Positions 1 through 11,799 are shown, counted from the whole stretch's first letter. The stretch: DNA of 52,522 nt, filler included, from Catajapyx aquilonaris (GCA_000934665.2; 3 parts of 3 records of this genome joined end to end with filler, not necessarily neighbours in it), one strand, 5' to 3'. Translations and numbers: made by a program. Notes: generated by a model from the sequence alone, not told the origin.

Positions 1-646
1 CCGTATCGAATACAGTAGCGGATATGGACTTTCACCTAACGGGATTTGTTTACGCGGCGTCAGATTCCAAAACTGACCACATTTTTGGAATCAGGGAGTC
101 TTCCTTGATCTCTGAAGCCCAACATGCAAAATCACTGAACCCTTCCTTTAAAGGAGCTTACATAAGTAATAAGAGAAGGCATAGCCTACTTTACAGGGGT
201 AAGATTTTCCCCTAGGATGAGTTATATTAGTTATACTGTAGTCTTGTACTGTACACAAAGTGTGCAAACGATTGTAACTTGCGACAAAATTTCTAACAAA
301 TTTCCTATAATCGGGGTGTTTCCTGCCAGAGGCGTGCCTATAATGTGGTGGATAATCAATGATAATAGATGTGTTTTTTACTGACTCTATTCAAGTCATG
401 CCCGTGTTCAAAACTCCTCTAAATCAATATTGAAAATTGGGGGCTGGGGATTGATAGGGTAAGAGGTGAAAAACGAAACTCACACGACATGCTGATACTT
501 GTGCAGAAATTACGCTGTATATACATATTTTAAGATGGATTGTTGGTTTAGGTAACAGCCATCCCACCTCTAGTGCCCTAGTTCGATCACCGAATCTGTA
601 TAGTATGAATTTCTCATTGGAAATAGCATCCAATATTATTGAATGA

Positions 647-1582
647 CACCGTGCAACACGATATTTGTCAATGGAAATTCATCGTCATATTCGTGTTCCT
701 TAGGTCACAAGTAACTCATAATAGGCATTTATCTTGTCTTTGATTTGTTTTTGCCCTGGGGGCAGGCAAAAAAACCAAAATTTTCAAATACTTTTCAAAT
801 TTTTTTCCCAATCAAGTGGGCCTAAATGTTGCTAGACATCTCGGATTTTTCTGAAAATAATCATAGCTGTACACACCTATGCCGTAAAGCTGCATGTCAA
901 GTTTCAGACATATTGCGAAATACCGTGGGGAAGGAAAAAATCGCGAAAATTTGAAAATGGGGCCTTTTTTGGATAATTTTTCCGGTTATTGGAAGTGGTC
1001 AAAACCCAATCAACATATACATCAAATGAAAGCTAAACGCGAGTAGAATGCGCCTATGGAATTTGTTTTTCTGGAAAATGCACTCAGAAAAACGTGTGGC
1101 ATTTCATCAGTCACATGTCCAAGAATTTGGCTCCATTAAAATTAATGGTAATTCGGCAAACATATCTATTACTTTCTCGCGAGCCATGCATGACCCAGGA
1201 TTGAAACTGAACATATTGAATCTTGTACGGGTACCGAAAAAATATCCAAAAAAGGCCCCATTTTCAAAATTGCGCGATTTTTTCCCTTCCCACAGTATTT
1301 CGCAATTTGGCTGAAACCTGATATGCAGTGTTACAGCATAGGTGTGTATAGCTGGGATTATTTTCAGAAAAATCGGAGATGGTCTAGCAACATTTAGGCT
1401 CATTTGATTGAGAAAAAACTGCTATGTTTGAGGACTTTGCTGGTTTTTTGACTGCCCCGAGGTCAAAAACAAGTCAAAGACGAAATGAATGCCCATTATG
1501 AGTTATTTGTGACCTAAGGAACACGAATAATATGACGATGAATTTCCATGGACAGAAAAAAGTCAAATTTTGTTGCATAGTG
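647..1582. mobile_element. Foldback non-autonomous DNA element, Chapaev3/CMC-like
   Basis: About 330-bp inverted arms (647-985 vs 1228-1582); termini CACCGTGCAACA / TGTTGCATAGTG; flanks TGA and TAA resemble a TWA target. Family call is inferred from the termini. Confidence 0.6.
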
Positions 1583-1587
1583 TAAGT

Positions 1588-1810
1588 CAGTGGTTTCCAA
1601 CCGGGTGGTCGCGAACCTTAGTTCAACTTTTTTTTTTTTTTGCAATTTCTGTGCCAACTGAACCTTGCGGCCGTACAGAGTGTATGTTTTCTGGAATCGG
1701 GGCAGTTGTAGAAAGGGGCGGGGAGGGGAGGAAGGGGGGGGGTCGCACATTTAGCCTATGGAACCATGTTTAGGGGGTCGCAGCAGTTGGTAAAAGGTTG
1801 GAAACCACTG
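1588..1810. mobile_element. hAT (Charlie-like) MITE
   Basis: 15-bp TIR CAGTGGTTTCCAACC; perfect 8-bp TSD GTGTAAGT (1580-1587, 1811-1818). Confidence 0.92.
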
Positions 1811-1870
1811 GTGTAAGTTTTCCCGATGCCAATTCCATTTTTCCTAATTCTCTTGCCAATTTCGGAATTA

Positions 1871-2345
1871 AGGGGCGTTCAGACGAGCCAACTTGGTTGC
1901 AGCAACGTTGCTGCAACCTGGTTGCATGCAACCTCAACCTGAAATACACGGAGAGAAGAGGAAGTTGCCCGCGGGCTGCAACCACTCTCTAAAAAAATAA
2001 GAGTTAAATTAACTCTTTTTAACCTTGAAAGTGGTCATTACCAAAAATGAGTTATAATAACTCTTTGCTGGAGTTAAAACAACTCTTTTAGTTCATTTCA
2101 TCCTCCGAAAGAGTGAATTAATAACTATTTCGGGGGATGAAATGAACTAAAAGAGTTGTTTTAACTCCAGCGAAAGAGTTATTATAGCTCATTTTTGGTA
2201 ATGACCACTTTCAAGGTTAAAAAGAGTTAATTTAACTCTTATTGAGTTTTTTTAACTCTTATTTTTTTTAGAGAGCAGGTTCCTATTCTCTCCTTGTATT
2301 TCAGGTTGCATGCAACCAGGTTGCAGCCACGTTGCTAGCGCCCCT
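1871..2345. mobile_element. PIF/Harbinger-like MITE hosting a nested element
   Basis: Ends AGGGGCG / CGCCCCT, TTA on both sides, internal inverted GGTTGCATGCAACC blocks. Confidence 0.75.
1985..2275. mobile_element. Palindromic CMC/EnSpm-like MITE
   Basis: Near-perfect 290-bp palindrome, CTCTCTAAAAAAA...TTTTTTTAGAGAG, with CA on both sides (2-bp TSD). Confidence 0.75.
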
Positions 2346-3251
2346 TTATGACTAAATTGTTGTGGAAGTGATATAAGAGGCCAATAATGTTGACGTCAAC
2401 AATTTTCCCAAGTTAGCTTTTCGTCGAATTATCATAGCAGTTAATTCAACAATATTTCCAGATTTCCATTAATATTTTGACCCATTATTCCCAAGTCAGT
2501 GAAACAGTTTTCCAAGTAGGAAATACCGTCTGGACTCTGTACCATTCCAACTGCGCTGAAAATAATTACTATCTTTATTTTTAACAGTTTTAAAATTTAG
2601 CGACGAACATCCACTGCTTCACTATATACAGTAGGCTATAAAACTGCAACCATGCAAATGTAGAACATGTCGTCCTCAAAACGAATAAAAAATATTCGCA
2701 ACATATTCAGATATTTTGTGGCAATGCCGGATGGGGAAAATCACATCAGTCGTCATAATTATTAAAATGGATTCTATCATAATTATATAGCATACTCATA
2801 TGATTGTTACTATTGAAAAACTGAGTTTCACATTTCAATAAGATTATTAGAAGTTTATCGTTTATGTATAGCAACAATAGGGACATGTTGGGAAAAGGTG
2901 TCCACTTATTCCTGTCGGCCATGGAGTCCATGCATTTCTAAAAAGGCATGACCCTACTTGAATTTGGCGATTTCGGCCCGTGTTTACCCGGTAATCTGAA
3001 ACCATGATATTCTCTAACCCCCACCTATGGTTGATGTTACGGGAATTGGCATGCTGCGACCTGCGTAATAGAGCCGAAATCGATCAAATCAACCGGGGTA
3101 ATTTTGTCTCGCGCGTCTTAGAAAATTAATGAACATTGCCAAGAGGAAATGCGCCCCTTCTTGCACCACTCTGTAAATATGTAGCATATTGTCCCTCAAA
3201 CTACCGTGCGACTATTAGAATTGAACTTCAATTAATATCACTAAAAATCTA

Positions 3252-3453
3252 CAGGGTGACTTTGAAGTCTGGATACATATAGGTATAATTTGATTGGATT
3301 GTTGATTTCCAGTTGTGCCAACTAGCAGACTTGTTGGCACTTAGTAAAGGATGAGTTGGCACAGTTCTCAGTTGGAATTGGTACAACTGGCAACCAACAA
3401 TGCCAACCAATTACCCATGTATCCAGACCTATCCAGACTTTAGAGTTACACTG
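3252..3453. mobile_element. Tc1/mariner-like MITE
   Basis: TA-CAGGGTGACTTTGAAGTCTGGATA...TATCCAGACTTTAGAGTTACACTG-TA; imperfect TIRs. Confidence 0.75.
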
Positions 3454-4354
3454 TAGTTTGAACTCATTATTTTTCACTCAATTATTCTGTCACCTCACCT
3501 TCAAGCGTGAGGGCGTGAGGCCTACTACCAGGATATATTATTCCGGATACATTCACGTGCTTTTATTATGTGATTGTATTGTCCGCGAAAATACTTTGTT
3601 TTTTCTCTCTTCGCGATAATATAGGCTGCTGTGCCAATACCCAATAGTGTTTAGCAAATCAAAACTTGCGGATACTCATCAGCATGCCTTCGAAGAATTT
3701 GGCTACACATCTTAATCGCCTACTTTCCACCCTTAAATTCATTCGCGTTGTGCAGGATATTTTTGTAATGTACAGGTCGTGGTACAGGTACAGGTATACA
3801 CCCTGCACCGCGAGCCCTGACGTCCTGCCATCTCCCGGAATTTTTAAGTAATACACGCCGTTACCCGAGGAAATTATACCGATTACGTAAATTAAACTGT
3901 ATGTAACGCAACATGTATAATAATTACTATTAGAGTAAAACTATCTCGTCAAACTCATGCGTCACTCATGCAGATGATTATAATTAGGGCATAATTAGGG
4001 AGTGTTGTACGCCGTGGACATCGGAAAATCGTGTCTACGCCGCCGAGACAAGTATGAAATACTCGTTTCAGGACAGGATATTTCACCGATATTGGATCCC
4101 TTTTTCCGGAAACAGCGTTGAAATACTATCTGCTTGGTGTGTGGCGCGGTCCTGTAGGTTCACAGGTGCCTGGGAAATTTGTGGACTACAGGAGAGGAAG
4201 GTCCGAGTGTGGCGAGAGTGGCGGAAGTATATGGAGTCAAGGTTAACACCCTTCACGATTTGTGAAGGGCACAGCAGCTTTGTAATGTAGCAACCTGGGT
4301 CCGGGTTACTCATCTTCTTATATTTTGCAGGTGGTAGCTACTAGTGGTATCAAT

Positions 4355-4405
4355 ATGGCAGAAAATGACAAGCCTTTTGCGTGTACGTCCAGCGGTTGTG
4401 GAATG
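4355..4405 (+). CDS. ATF2: ATF-2/ATF-7 family transcription factor, coding exon 1 (MAENDKPFACTSSGCGM)
   Basis: Acceptor ttttgcag ending 4330, ATG at 4355, donor GTAAGG at 4406; matches the start of the ATF2 zinc finger (MSDDKPFLCTAPGCGQ). Confidence 0.92.
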
Positions 4406-5079
4406 GTAAGGGAAACCAAATGAGTGGATTGTGTAGGTGACTGGATGATAAAGTACGGGTAATTGTGCAGTTTTGAACCTAATGTACTGGGTCCAAAAAG
4501 GTGATGAGACATTTTGTGGTTACACAAGTGGGCATGTAAGTTACGAAGCAGGTGGACCTACTGTAACACCTGTCCGAATCCAATGCATGAGTCAGAAGTT
4601 ACTAAAATCATGCTGGTATAGTATGGCGTATGTAGAGTGACTCCTGGAAAGACTGCAGTGTGACATCAAACCTATCTATTTGCGACCATATGTGCAGTAG
4701 GCAAGTGAGAACCAACCAATATCACCAAAAACTCTTCCCCACCTAGCCTAATCTGACATTTATTCCCATTCAATGAAAAAATAGAAAGTGATGAAGCACG
4801 GTTTCTCCAGGTACCGCCCTAGACTGGTTGTAGAGTATGATAACAGTAGATTGATAGTGTAATACTTGCCGATCATGTGGCGTACTACAGTTACGAGCAC
4901 TTCTCCCCCTGGAAGTGCTCGTAGACTGTAGTTCGTGCGCTGCCGCTACGACAATTCTTGGTGGACTGATAGTACAGTGAATACCATCTTAACTGAAACT
5001 AACATAACTTGTATTTTCATGCAATGAATAGCATGCCATAATATAATGAGGGTGACCAGCTGGTTGTTGTACCCTAGAG

Positions 5080-5362
5080 CAGCGGTTCTCAAGCTGTGTT
5101 CCGCGGAACCCTAGGGTTCCGTGACACCAGCGTAGGGGTTCCGCAAAAGATTTGGAAAATATAAAAAATAAAATTTTGTACCTAAAAAACAATAGCATGA
5201 TTGGCTTGAAAAAAAATTAACATAACCTTGCCCTACCATTTAACAACAAAAATACTTATGGTATTCCTAGCACAAATTATGAGTTAAGATAGGGTTTAGG
5301 GTTCCGCGAAAGAATTATGAGGTGAATAGGGTTCCGCGGAACAAAAAGTTTGAGAACCGCTG
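5080..5362. mobile_element. hAT (Charlie-like) MITE
   Basis: TIR CAGCGGTTCTCAA; perfect 8-bp TSD CCCTAGAG; subterminal GGGTTCCGCG repeats. Confidence 0.92.
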
Positions 5363-5483
5363 CCCTAGAGTATGTAGGGCCAGTATTTAGTGAGGTTGAC
5401 CTGTCCTAGTTAAAAGATCTGTGCAATTGAGCAAGTACGTGATTTTAAAAATATTGTAAGCCATAAGATTAATGCTGGGAATA

Positions 5484-5690
5484 CAGGGTGGACCAACTTC
5501 AAGTGTCGTTTTATAATGGCTATTAATAGAAGCACTTTAGATTGACGTAGCAGCGACGTGTAAAATGGCCCACTTCCATGGCGCCGAAGCTTGGCCGAAG
5601 TGGGACATTTTACACGTCGCTGATACGTCAGCGCAAAGTCACTGCTATTAATCGCCGTTATAAAACGACACTTGAAGTTGGTCCACCCTG
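5484..5690. mobile_element. Palindromic Tc1/mariner MITE
   Basis: TA-CAGGGTGGACCAACTTCAAGTGTCGTTTTATAA...CACCCTG-TA; the whole element folds back. Confidence 0.88.
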
Positions 5691-5857
5691 TATATCAGAT
5701 TGCTTATATTACCACATCTACTCTTTTCCACCATACAGTACCCTTTTCACTAGTAACATTGAGAAATTCGGTAATCGTGAGGACTCTTAGAGGTTACACC
5801 TAACCTAAACCACAAGAGACTTCAGCTTAGTATATTTTAGTTGCAAGTTTGTAAATA

Positions 5858-6169
5858 CAGTAGAACCCCGATTACCCGACATCCTCTCCAGCAATAAATC
5901 TGTGTTTTCTCATCAAATATTGTAATGTACTCCACATTGGTTTTGTATTGCCTTAGTTCAATTGTAAATACAGTACAGTAAAGTGTGTATGTAATAGATA
6001 AATACCTCACTATTTCTTAGAAAACAATAATATTGTACATAATTTCATGTTTTTATTTGTTTTTTGTTGTGTTTTATTAAAGTTTTCTTTGCTCCTCGGA
6101 TTATCCTACCTTTTTTGTGTGCTTACCATGCCCCAGTCCTGTGGGTGAAGTATAATTGAGGTTCTACTG
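5858..6169. mobile_element. pogo/Tigger-like MITE
   Basis: TA-CAGTAGAACC...GGTTCTACTG-TA. Confidence 0.75.
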
Positions 6170-6214
6170 TATTACATTACAATAGTCATACTATGATTCC
6201 TGTTGCCAAATGGT

Positions 6215-6600
6215 ACTAAAGGCAAGCTTTATGCTATATTGACTGATCTGTCCAAAGCATTTAATTCAGTATAGCATGAAGAAGGATGATTAAATTATTA
6301 AGACAAATTTATGCCAGTTTGAAATTTGTTCCCCTATCTGAGGAAGAAAAATGATCATGGCAGTAAAATATAACCTCTGGCTGAGTGTATTGACAATGAA
6401 AATAAGTGATCTTTCAGTTTCTCTAAAGTTATTTAATGCTCATATTTTGCCAGTGCTGTTGTACATCACTCCAATCTGGGCTCCGAAATGCCTGTCTGAA
6501 ATTAGCTTAATGCAATTTCAGGAAATTTCTCAAAGTGGTCTTCTAAAGGTGGCTTTTCATTATTCAGAAATAATTTCAAATATTCTAAACCTCTCGAGTC
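6215..6600 (+). pseudogene. Decayed non-LTR retrotransposon reverse-transcriptase fragment
   Basis: GKLYAILTDLSKAFNSV* resembles the RT motif DxxKAFDxV; LKLFNAHILPVLLYITPIW resembles the LINE post-RT motif; stops and a large deletion. Confidence 0.65.
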
Positions 6601-6824
6601 ACTAAGTTGGGTAAACATATGTAAAAAGTTTCTTTATGACTTATGGTGCAGATTAGAATGTTACTTTGGTAGAGCTTATAGATGTGTTGAGGAAAAACTG
6701 AAACAGGATCTACACCTCACCTTTAAAAAACATTCATAGATGCGAGCATTGTTATAGAAATGTAAAAGCAGAATTTTCGAAGGAAACTGGTTTAATTTTG
6801 GCCTTCCTCTATCACACGTGTGTA

Positions 6825-7000
6825 CAGTTGAATCCGGTTATAACAGACTTCAAGGGACCAGGGAAATCAGTCTGTTTTAATCAAGGTCTGTTATAGCTGA
6901 ATACATGAGCCATATATGGAAGTTTGCCGGGACCAGCCTTTCGAGTCCGTTATAAGCGAAAGTCTGTTATAGCCGAGGCTGTTATGTCTGGATTCAACTG
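6825..7000. mobile_element. pogo/Tigger-like MITE, short copy
   Basis: TA-CAGTTGAATCC...GGATTCAACTG-TA; same family as 13410-13937. Confidence 0.82.
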
Positions 7001-7241
7001 TATTATTCAATACCTAAGAAGTAACTCAACTATTTGAAGCAGTAAAAAATTCGAGTACCGAAAGTCCCCAGTCTATGAATGGGGTAATAGATAAATTTGA
7101 AATTTGTATATTATGAAGAAGCAAACATTGGGTTCTGTAACACTCATACTAACATTCTGGTATCATTAGCATGGTATTTAGTATTGATAAAATATTTTTT
7201 GTTTTATGTCATGCTTTTGTGCATAAATCTCACTTGCATTA

Positions 7242-7843
7242 AGGTGCGTTTACATGTGAGCGATTTGACAAGCGAAGTAGTTGCCGAGCGAAGTAACCAA
7301 TATTGTTTGAGATGAAAGTAACAATCGATATTCGCCTCAAACAATACTTTTTTTAATATTTTTAAATACTCGGTGCTAGGGCCCTAGGCCCTCTTAGGGG
7401 AGTGAATACCACCATCGGTGCAGGGTGCAGGATAGGGATAATGAGGGGGGGGACACTGGTGCAAGTGCAATGTCATCAAGTTGAGGGTCGTGTGCAGTCC
7501 CTCAGGGGGCCCGTTCACCAAGATGACCCCCTAGATGCGGGTCAGAAACCTGACACTGCACCTCCTCCAGGGCAGGGAAGGTAAGGAAGCGGCTGTGGCC
7601 TATTTTACGGTACGATCCCGGAATTTTCCTGGGGCAACCTTGGAGAACCACAGAAAACCAAGGTCAGGATCGCCGGCCTCCGGGACTCAAACCCAGGACC
7701 TCCCGATTAGCAGTCGAACACCATATCCACTCCACCACTACTGCTTCGGTTGCCTCAAACAACACTGGTTACTTGGGTTACTCTGCAAAGTTACCGCTCA
7801 GCGATGACATCACTTGTCAAATGGCCCACATGTACACGTACCT
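7242..7843. mobile_element. PIF/Harbinger-like MITE interrupted by a SINE
   Basis: TTA-AGGTGCGTTTACATGTG...CACATGTACACGTACCT-TTA. Confidence 0.78.
7349..7750 (-). mobile_element. tRNA-Ser(GCT)-like SINE with Nin/Inv-type conserved domain
   Basis: Head ACCGAAGC...GACTGCTAATC...GGTTTGAGTCC; body GGTTTTCTGTGGTT...AGGCCACAGCCGCTTCCTT; TSD GCCTCAAACAAYACT (7334-7348, 7752-7766). Confidence 0.85.
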
Positions 7844-7966
7844 TTATGATTGTGGAATCATCAGGATGCCTAATAAACTCTAACTTTGACCCAGGATAAA
7901 GGTGTGAGATTTCTTGTCCTGACAGTATAGATTTACAAGGGCAGTAATTCTGAAATTTCATTGCAG

Positions 7967-8057
7967 AGGTTCACCAATGAAGATCACTTGACCGTGCATA
8001 TGAAAAAGCACGAAATGTCATTGAATCTGGGTGGACAAAAGGCTAATGTGTTTGTTG
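7967..8057 (+). CDS. ATF2: ATF-2/ATF-7 coding exon 2 (RFTNEDHLTVHMKKHEMSLNLGGQKANVFV)
   Basis: Splice sites ttgcag / GTAAGT; completes the C2H2 finger; phases fit exons 1 and 3. Confidence 0.95.
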
Positions 8058-8113
8058 GTAAGTTATTTCACCACTCTACATGGTTTCCAGATTTTTACAT
8101 ATTATTTTTGCAG

Positions 8114-8256
8114 CTGACCAAACACCCACACCAACTCGTTTTATCCGCAATTGCGAGGAGGTTGGCTTGTTCCAGGATTTGCTCAAGAATCCATTTGAAG
8201 AGCAGTTTCGAAAAGCTGCAGAAGCTGCCAAAACTGGCAGTGTCCCTATACCAGAG
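8114..8256 (+). CDS. ATF2: ATF-2/ATF-7 coding exon 3 (ADQTPTPTRFIRNCEEVGLFQDLLKNPFEEQFRKAAE...)
   Basis: 56-nt intron; diagnostic DQTPTPTRF MAPK dual-threonine phosphosite motif and EEVGLF; no downstream bZIP exons found in this contig. Confidence 0.95.
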
Positions 8257-9046
8257 GTATTATTCAATTATTTTTTTACGTCTAATATATGCCCCATCAT
8301 GTGCACACACCCTCAAACATACAATGCACAACTAAATATCTACCCTGTTTTAGACACCAAAATTAATATAATCACTAGAAAAACCATCGCTTCGCTCAAA
8401 TTTTTCTATGGCACAGGCCAGGAAAGCCACTTGCTTTTTTTCTACGCCTGCGACCTGGGGTGGTGGAGGCCATATTGTTAATCGCTTTGGACTTCGGCAG
8501 ACGCAGTATTTTTAATCCCTTCGGGCTTACTGCCAGTTATGAGCCCATCCCCCAATCATATTCACCACCCAGCCGTTCCTCCATTTTAAGGTGCATTGGC
8601 ATATCCGTGAAGCAATTCCAAATTCGACCACAATTTGTGATGAAGAGAAACGTAACAATTATGGTAGGCTGCATTAATCGCAGTTTCCTAATTTGTGGTG
8701 CAAACTGAGCCACTCTATTTCCCCCTAACAGTAGAAAACGCCTATCCCCTGCGATAGAAATCCTCCTAGAAATGGCTTTTGACCTTGATCTCTCACTTAC
8801 AAGTTATGACAAATGGCTTCCTCTAAACTTCAGCAATATATCCTGCCAAATAATTAACTAAGTGGGATTATTTTTAGTTTTAAAAATTATGTATATGTCC
8901 GTAACTGTGTAGTTAGGGTGGATGAGCCAAGTGGGGATATCACGCAGGCCTTGCATGCAACTCTGACATGGCAGGCATTACAATAGACTGCCTGTAGGGG
9001 TCTTTTTCTTAGTCTTGGTGAAGACCCCTGAAGTTTTCCAGTAGTA

Positions 9047-9066
9047 TAATAATAATAATAATAATA

Positions 9067-9134
<68 letters not shown>

Positions 9135-9387
9135 GATACCCCGTGATAGGCCCCTTGGGCCTCTTAGGGGATCATCTTTTGAAAACCCGACTTTAATCAT
9201 TTGCCTGAAATGTGATGGATTTTGATAGTGGGAGGAAACGGGACAACCCCGAGAAAACCCACGTGAACACGGAGAGAACCCATCGAAACTCTATCCACAT
9301 AAGTATCCTCCGTCCGACCCGGGGATCGAACTCAGGACCTTAGAGGTGGAAGGCTGCGGCGCTAACCACTCGGCCACCGTGTCGCCC
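9047..9387 (-). mobile_element. tRNA-derived SINE with V-domain-like body and (ATT)n tail
   Basis: A box GTGGCCGAGTGG and B box GTTCGATCC on the - strand; + strand GTGGGAGGAAAC...GAAAACCCACGTGAACACGGAGAGAAC resembles the V-SINE domain; TSD TTTTCCAGTAGTA. Confidence 0.8.
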
Positions 9388-9432
9388 TTTTTCCAGTAGT
9401 ATAATAATAGTAATAATAATAATAATAATAAA

Positions 9433-9771
9433 GGGAGACGGAGTGGCGCTGTGGTAATGTTTGCGCCCACGGATGTTAAGTTCCCGGGTTCGATCCCAGC
9501 CCGGGGACACCCCCTTCATCTCATGCAGAGTTGGGTCATCTCTGGCTTCGTCTCGGGTGGAATTTCCTTAGACTAATCCACCCGGGGGAATTCACAAAAT
9601 CACATTAGCAACGACATTGCACTGCACTTTGCACATCCCCTCCTGTCATCCTGCCCATGGGCCTGGGCGTTTCGCAAATGGTTCCAAATGTGTACATGCA
9701 TGTAATGTACAATTGAGTAATAATAAAGGTCCGTGCGAAGATACCGATAAGGTGAAAAGTGCTACCCCTAC

Positions 9772-9835
<64 letters not shown>

Positions 9836-9858
9836 GTTGTTGTTGTTGTTGTTATCAT

Positions 9859-9860
<2 letters not shown>
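9433..9860 (+). mobile_element. tRNA(Arg-like)-derived SINE, family 3, copy A
   Basis: A box TGGCGCTGTGG, B box GGTTCGATCCC, (GAT)n/(GTT)n tail; homologous to 10259-10594 and 42400-42767. Confidence 0.85.
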
Positions 9861-9917
<57 letters not shown>

Positions 9918-9920
9918 TCA

Positions 9921-10189
9921 TACCCCGTTATCAGCCATCGGCTCTTTAGGGGGGAAGTTTGTTTTGCCTGGAACTCTTTGCTTTCATTTTACTGTGCTCT
10001 TTGGGATGGGATAGGGACGGAAGGAAGCAACTGTGGCCTTTTAATTACAGACGCAACTCCGGAATTTCCCTGGAAGGACCGTGGGAAACCACAGAAAACC
10101 ACGGTCAGAGTTGCCGGCCCCGGGATTCGAACCCAGGACCTCCCGATTAGCAGTCGGACGCCTTATCCACTGTGCCAATCTGCTTCGGT
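9921..10189 (-). mobile_element. Nin/Inv-type SINE copy
   Basis: Same head and body as 7349-7750 and 12373-12638; (ATT)n tail at 9862-9917. Confidence 0.85.
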
Positions 10190-10242
<53 letters not shown>

Positions 10243-10258
10243 TAATAATAATAATAAT

Positions 10259-10594
10259 CCGGGTAGTGCTTGACCTCATTGCAAGGTATGTAGCACGGAC
10301 CTTTATTATGTCCTTGTACATTTGTACATTTTTGGAACCTTTAATGAAGCACCCAGGCCCGCCCCATGGGCAAGGTGACTGGGAGGGGATGTGCAAGGTG
10401 CAAGTGCAATGTCGTTGCTTGGTCATTTTGTGAACTCCCCTGGGTGGTTAGTCTCAAGGAATCCCACCCGAGACGAAGCCAGAGACGACCCAACTCTGCA
10501 CAAGATGAAGCGGGGAATGCCGGGGCTTGGGATCGAACCCGGGACCCTCACATCCGTGGGTGCATACGTTGCCGCAGCGCCACTCCGCCTCCCC
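10259..10594 (-). mobile_element. SINE family 3, copy B
   Basis: Reverse-complement homolog of copy A; 17-bp direct repeat GAAGTTTTCCAGTAGTA at 9030-9046 and 10595-10611. Confidence 0.85.
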
Positions 10595-10671
10595 GAAGTT
10601 TTCCAGTAGTAAAAGACATACCAGGTCAGAGGGCACCACAAGACACTGCTATTGGTCCAGTCATGGACTAA

Positions 10672-10968
10672 TACTCAGGTCCCACAACTCTCTCCCCTTT
10701 TCTGTGAGCTTACTTTATTTCCACTATCCCGGATTTGGCGCTGCAGTCACTCCTTGGTCACCAAGGTGGATTTGGGTGACTAATGGGCGAGTCTGTGAAT
10801 GTGCTCCAAACCAAGCTGCAATGGAAAGGACAGTTTGGGCAGATCTTATCTGCCCGAATCTGCCTTGGTGACCGTGGAGCGACTGCAGCACCAAATCCTG
10901 GTGGTGGAGATCAAGTTAGCTCATGACCATATCCATAAAGCTGGGGTAGGAGTTGCAGGGAGCTGGTA
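10672..10968. mobile_element. Old foldback MITE, unclassified
   Basis: Inverted arms GGATTTGGCGCTGCAGTCACTCC / GGAGCGACTGCAGCACCAAATCC. Confidence 0.6.
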
Positions 10969-11134
10969 CAGGTAATACCAAAAAGTGATGATGTAGAAAA
11001 AAAACTTTAACAAGTAGGAAGAGGATCATAGTCATATTGTGCCAGTTGGAATGCTTTGACTTCCTTGCCTGTAGTGAGAGGATAACTTCTCAACTGCGAC
11101 CCAAACTGCCATCCTTCTAGAGATCAGCCTGACA

Positions 11135-11200
<66 letters not shown>

Positions 11201-11230
11201 CATCATCCTCATCATCCTCATCATCATCCT
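11135..11230. repeat. (CAT)n microsatellite
   Basis: Read directly from the sequence. Confidence 0.95.
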
Positions 11231-11799
11231 TCACTGTGTTTTCCCAAAAGATTGGGGTTGTCAGCGGATAACGAAGAGGAGTTCCTTGCTGCCCTGACAT
11301 AACCGTTATTTTAAAAATTCTGGAGACTGGTCAGGACAGAGCGCCGAATGGTCAGGCTATGCTGGGTTGTTGCAATTTCCACCGTTAAATGTCAATAGAA
11401 ACAGGTCAGCCAGTACTTTTTGCTGGCCCCTTCCAAAAATTTCAAACAAACACAAAAGGGCACTCATCTGAATAGGGTTAACTCCATAATTTGTAACTAA
11501 CATTTTACAAGCAGATACACAGTTGTGCATAATATTTGCATAACCATCTGAGATTCCGGAATAATTGTAAGCATTTTTTACTAAGCAATTACCTGGACAT
11601 TTGTTCACATTAACAATTAAAAAATGGATTTACATATGATGACAGGGCAGCAATAACATTATTATGGCAAGTGTAGATAAGCTTTTGTCCCATCAGGTAC
11701 TCTCCAATCAATGTAATTCAAACCTGGTCCTTGTAAAAAAAAAACCACAAAAAAACAAAATTACTCCTGGGAATGTTGGTTACAAGGTGTTTAATACTA

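Noticed and set aside
4884..4932. miRNA-like hairpin in ATF2 intron 1
   Set aside because: It cannot be distinguished from a MITE core without small-RNA data
9433..9505. Functional tRNA genes at the SINE heads
   Set aside because: The cloverleafs are degenerate and run on into repeat bodies with tails and TSDs
9600..9772. Self-cleaving ribozyme in SINE family 3
   Set aside because: No complete hammerhead, twister, pistol or HDV core could be laid out by eye; an Infernal search would be needed
9009..10433. ORFs with poly-Y, poly-I, poly-N and poly-M tracts
   Set aside because: They are translations of microsatellite SINE tails
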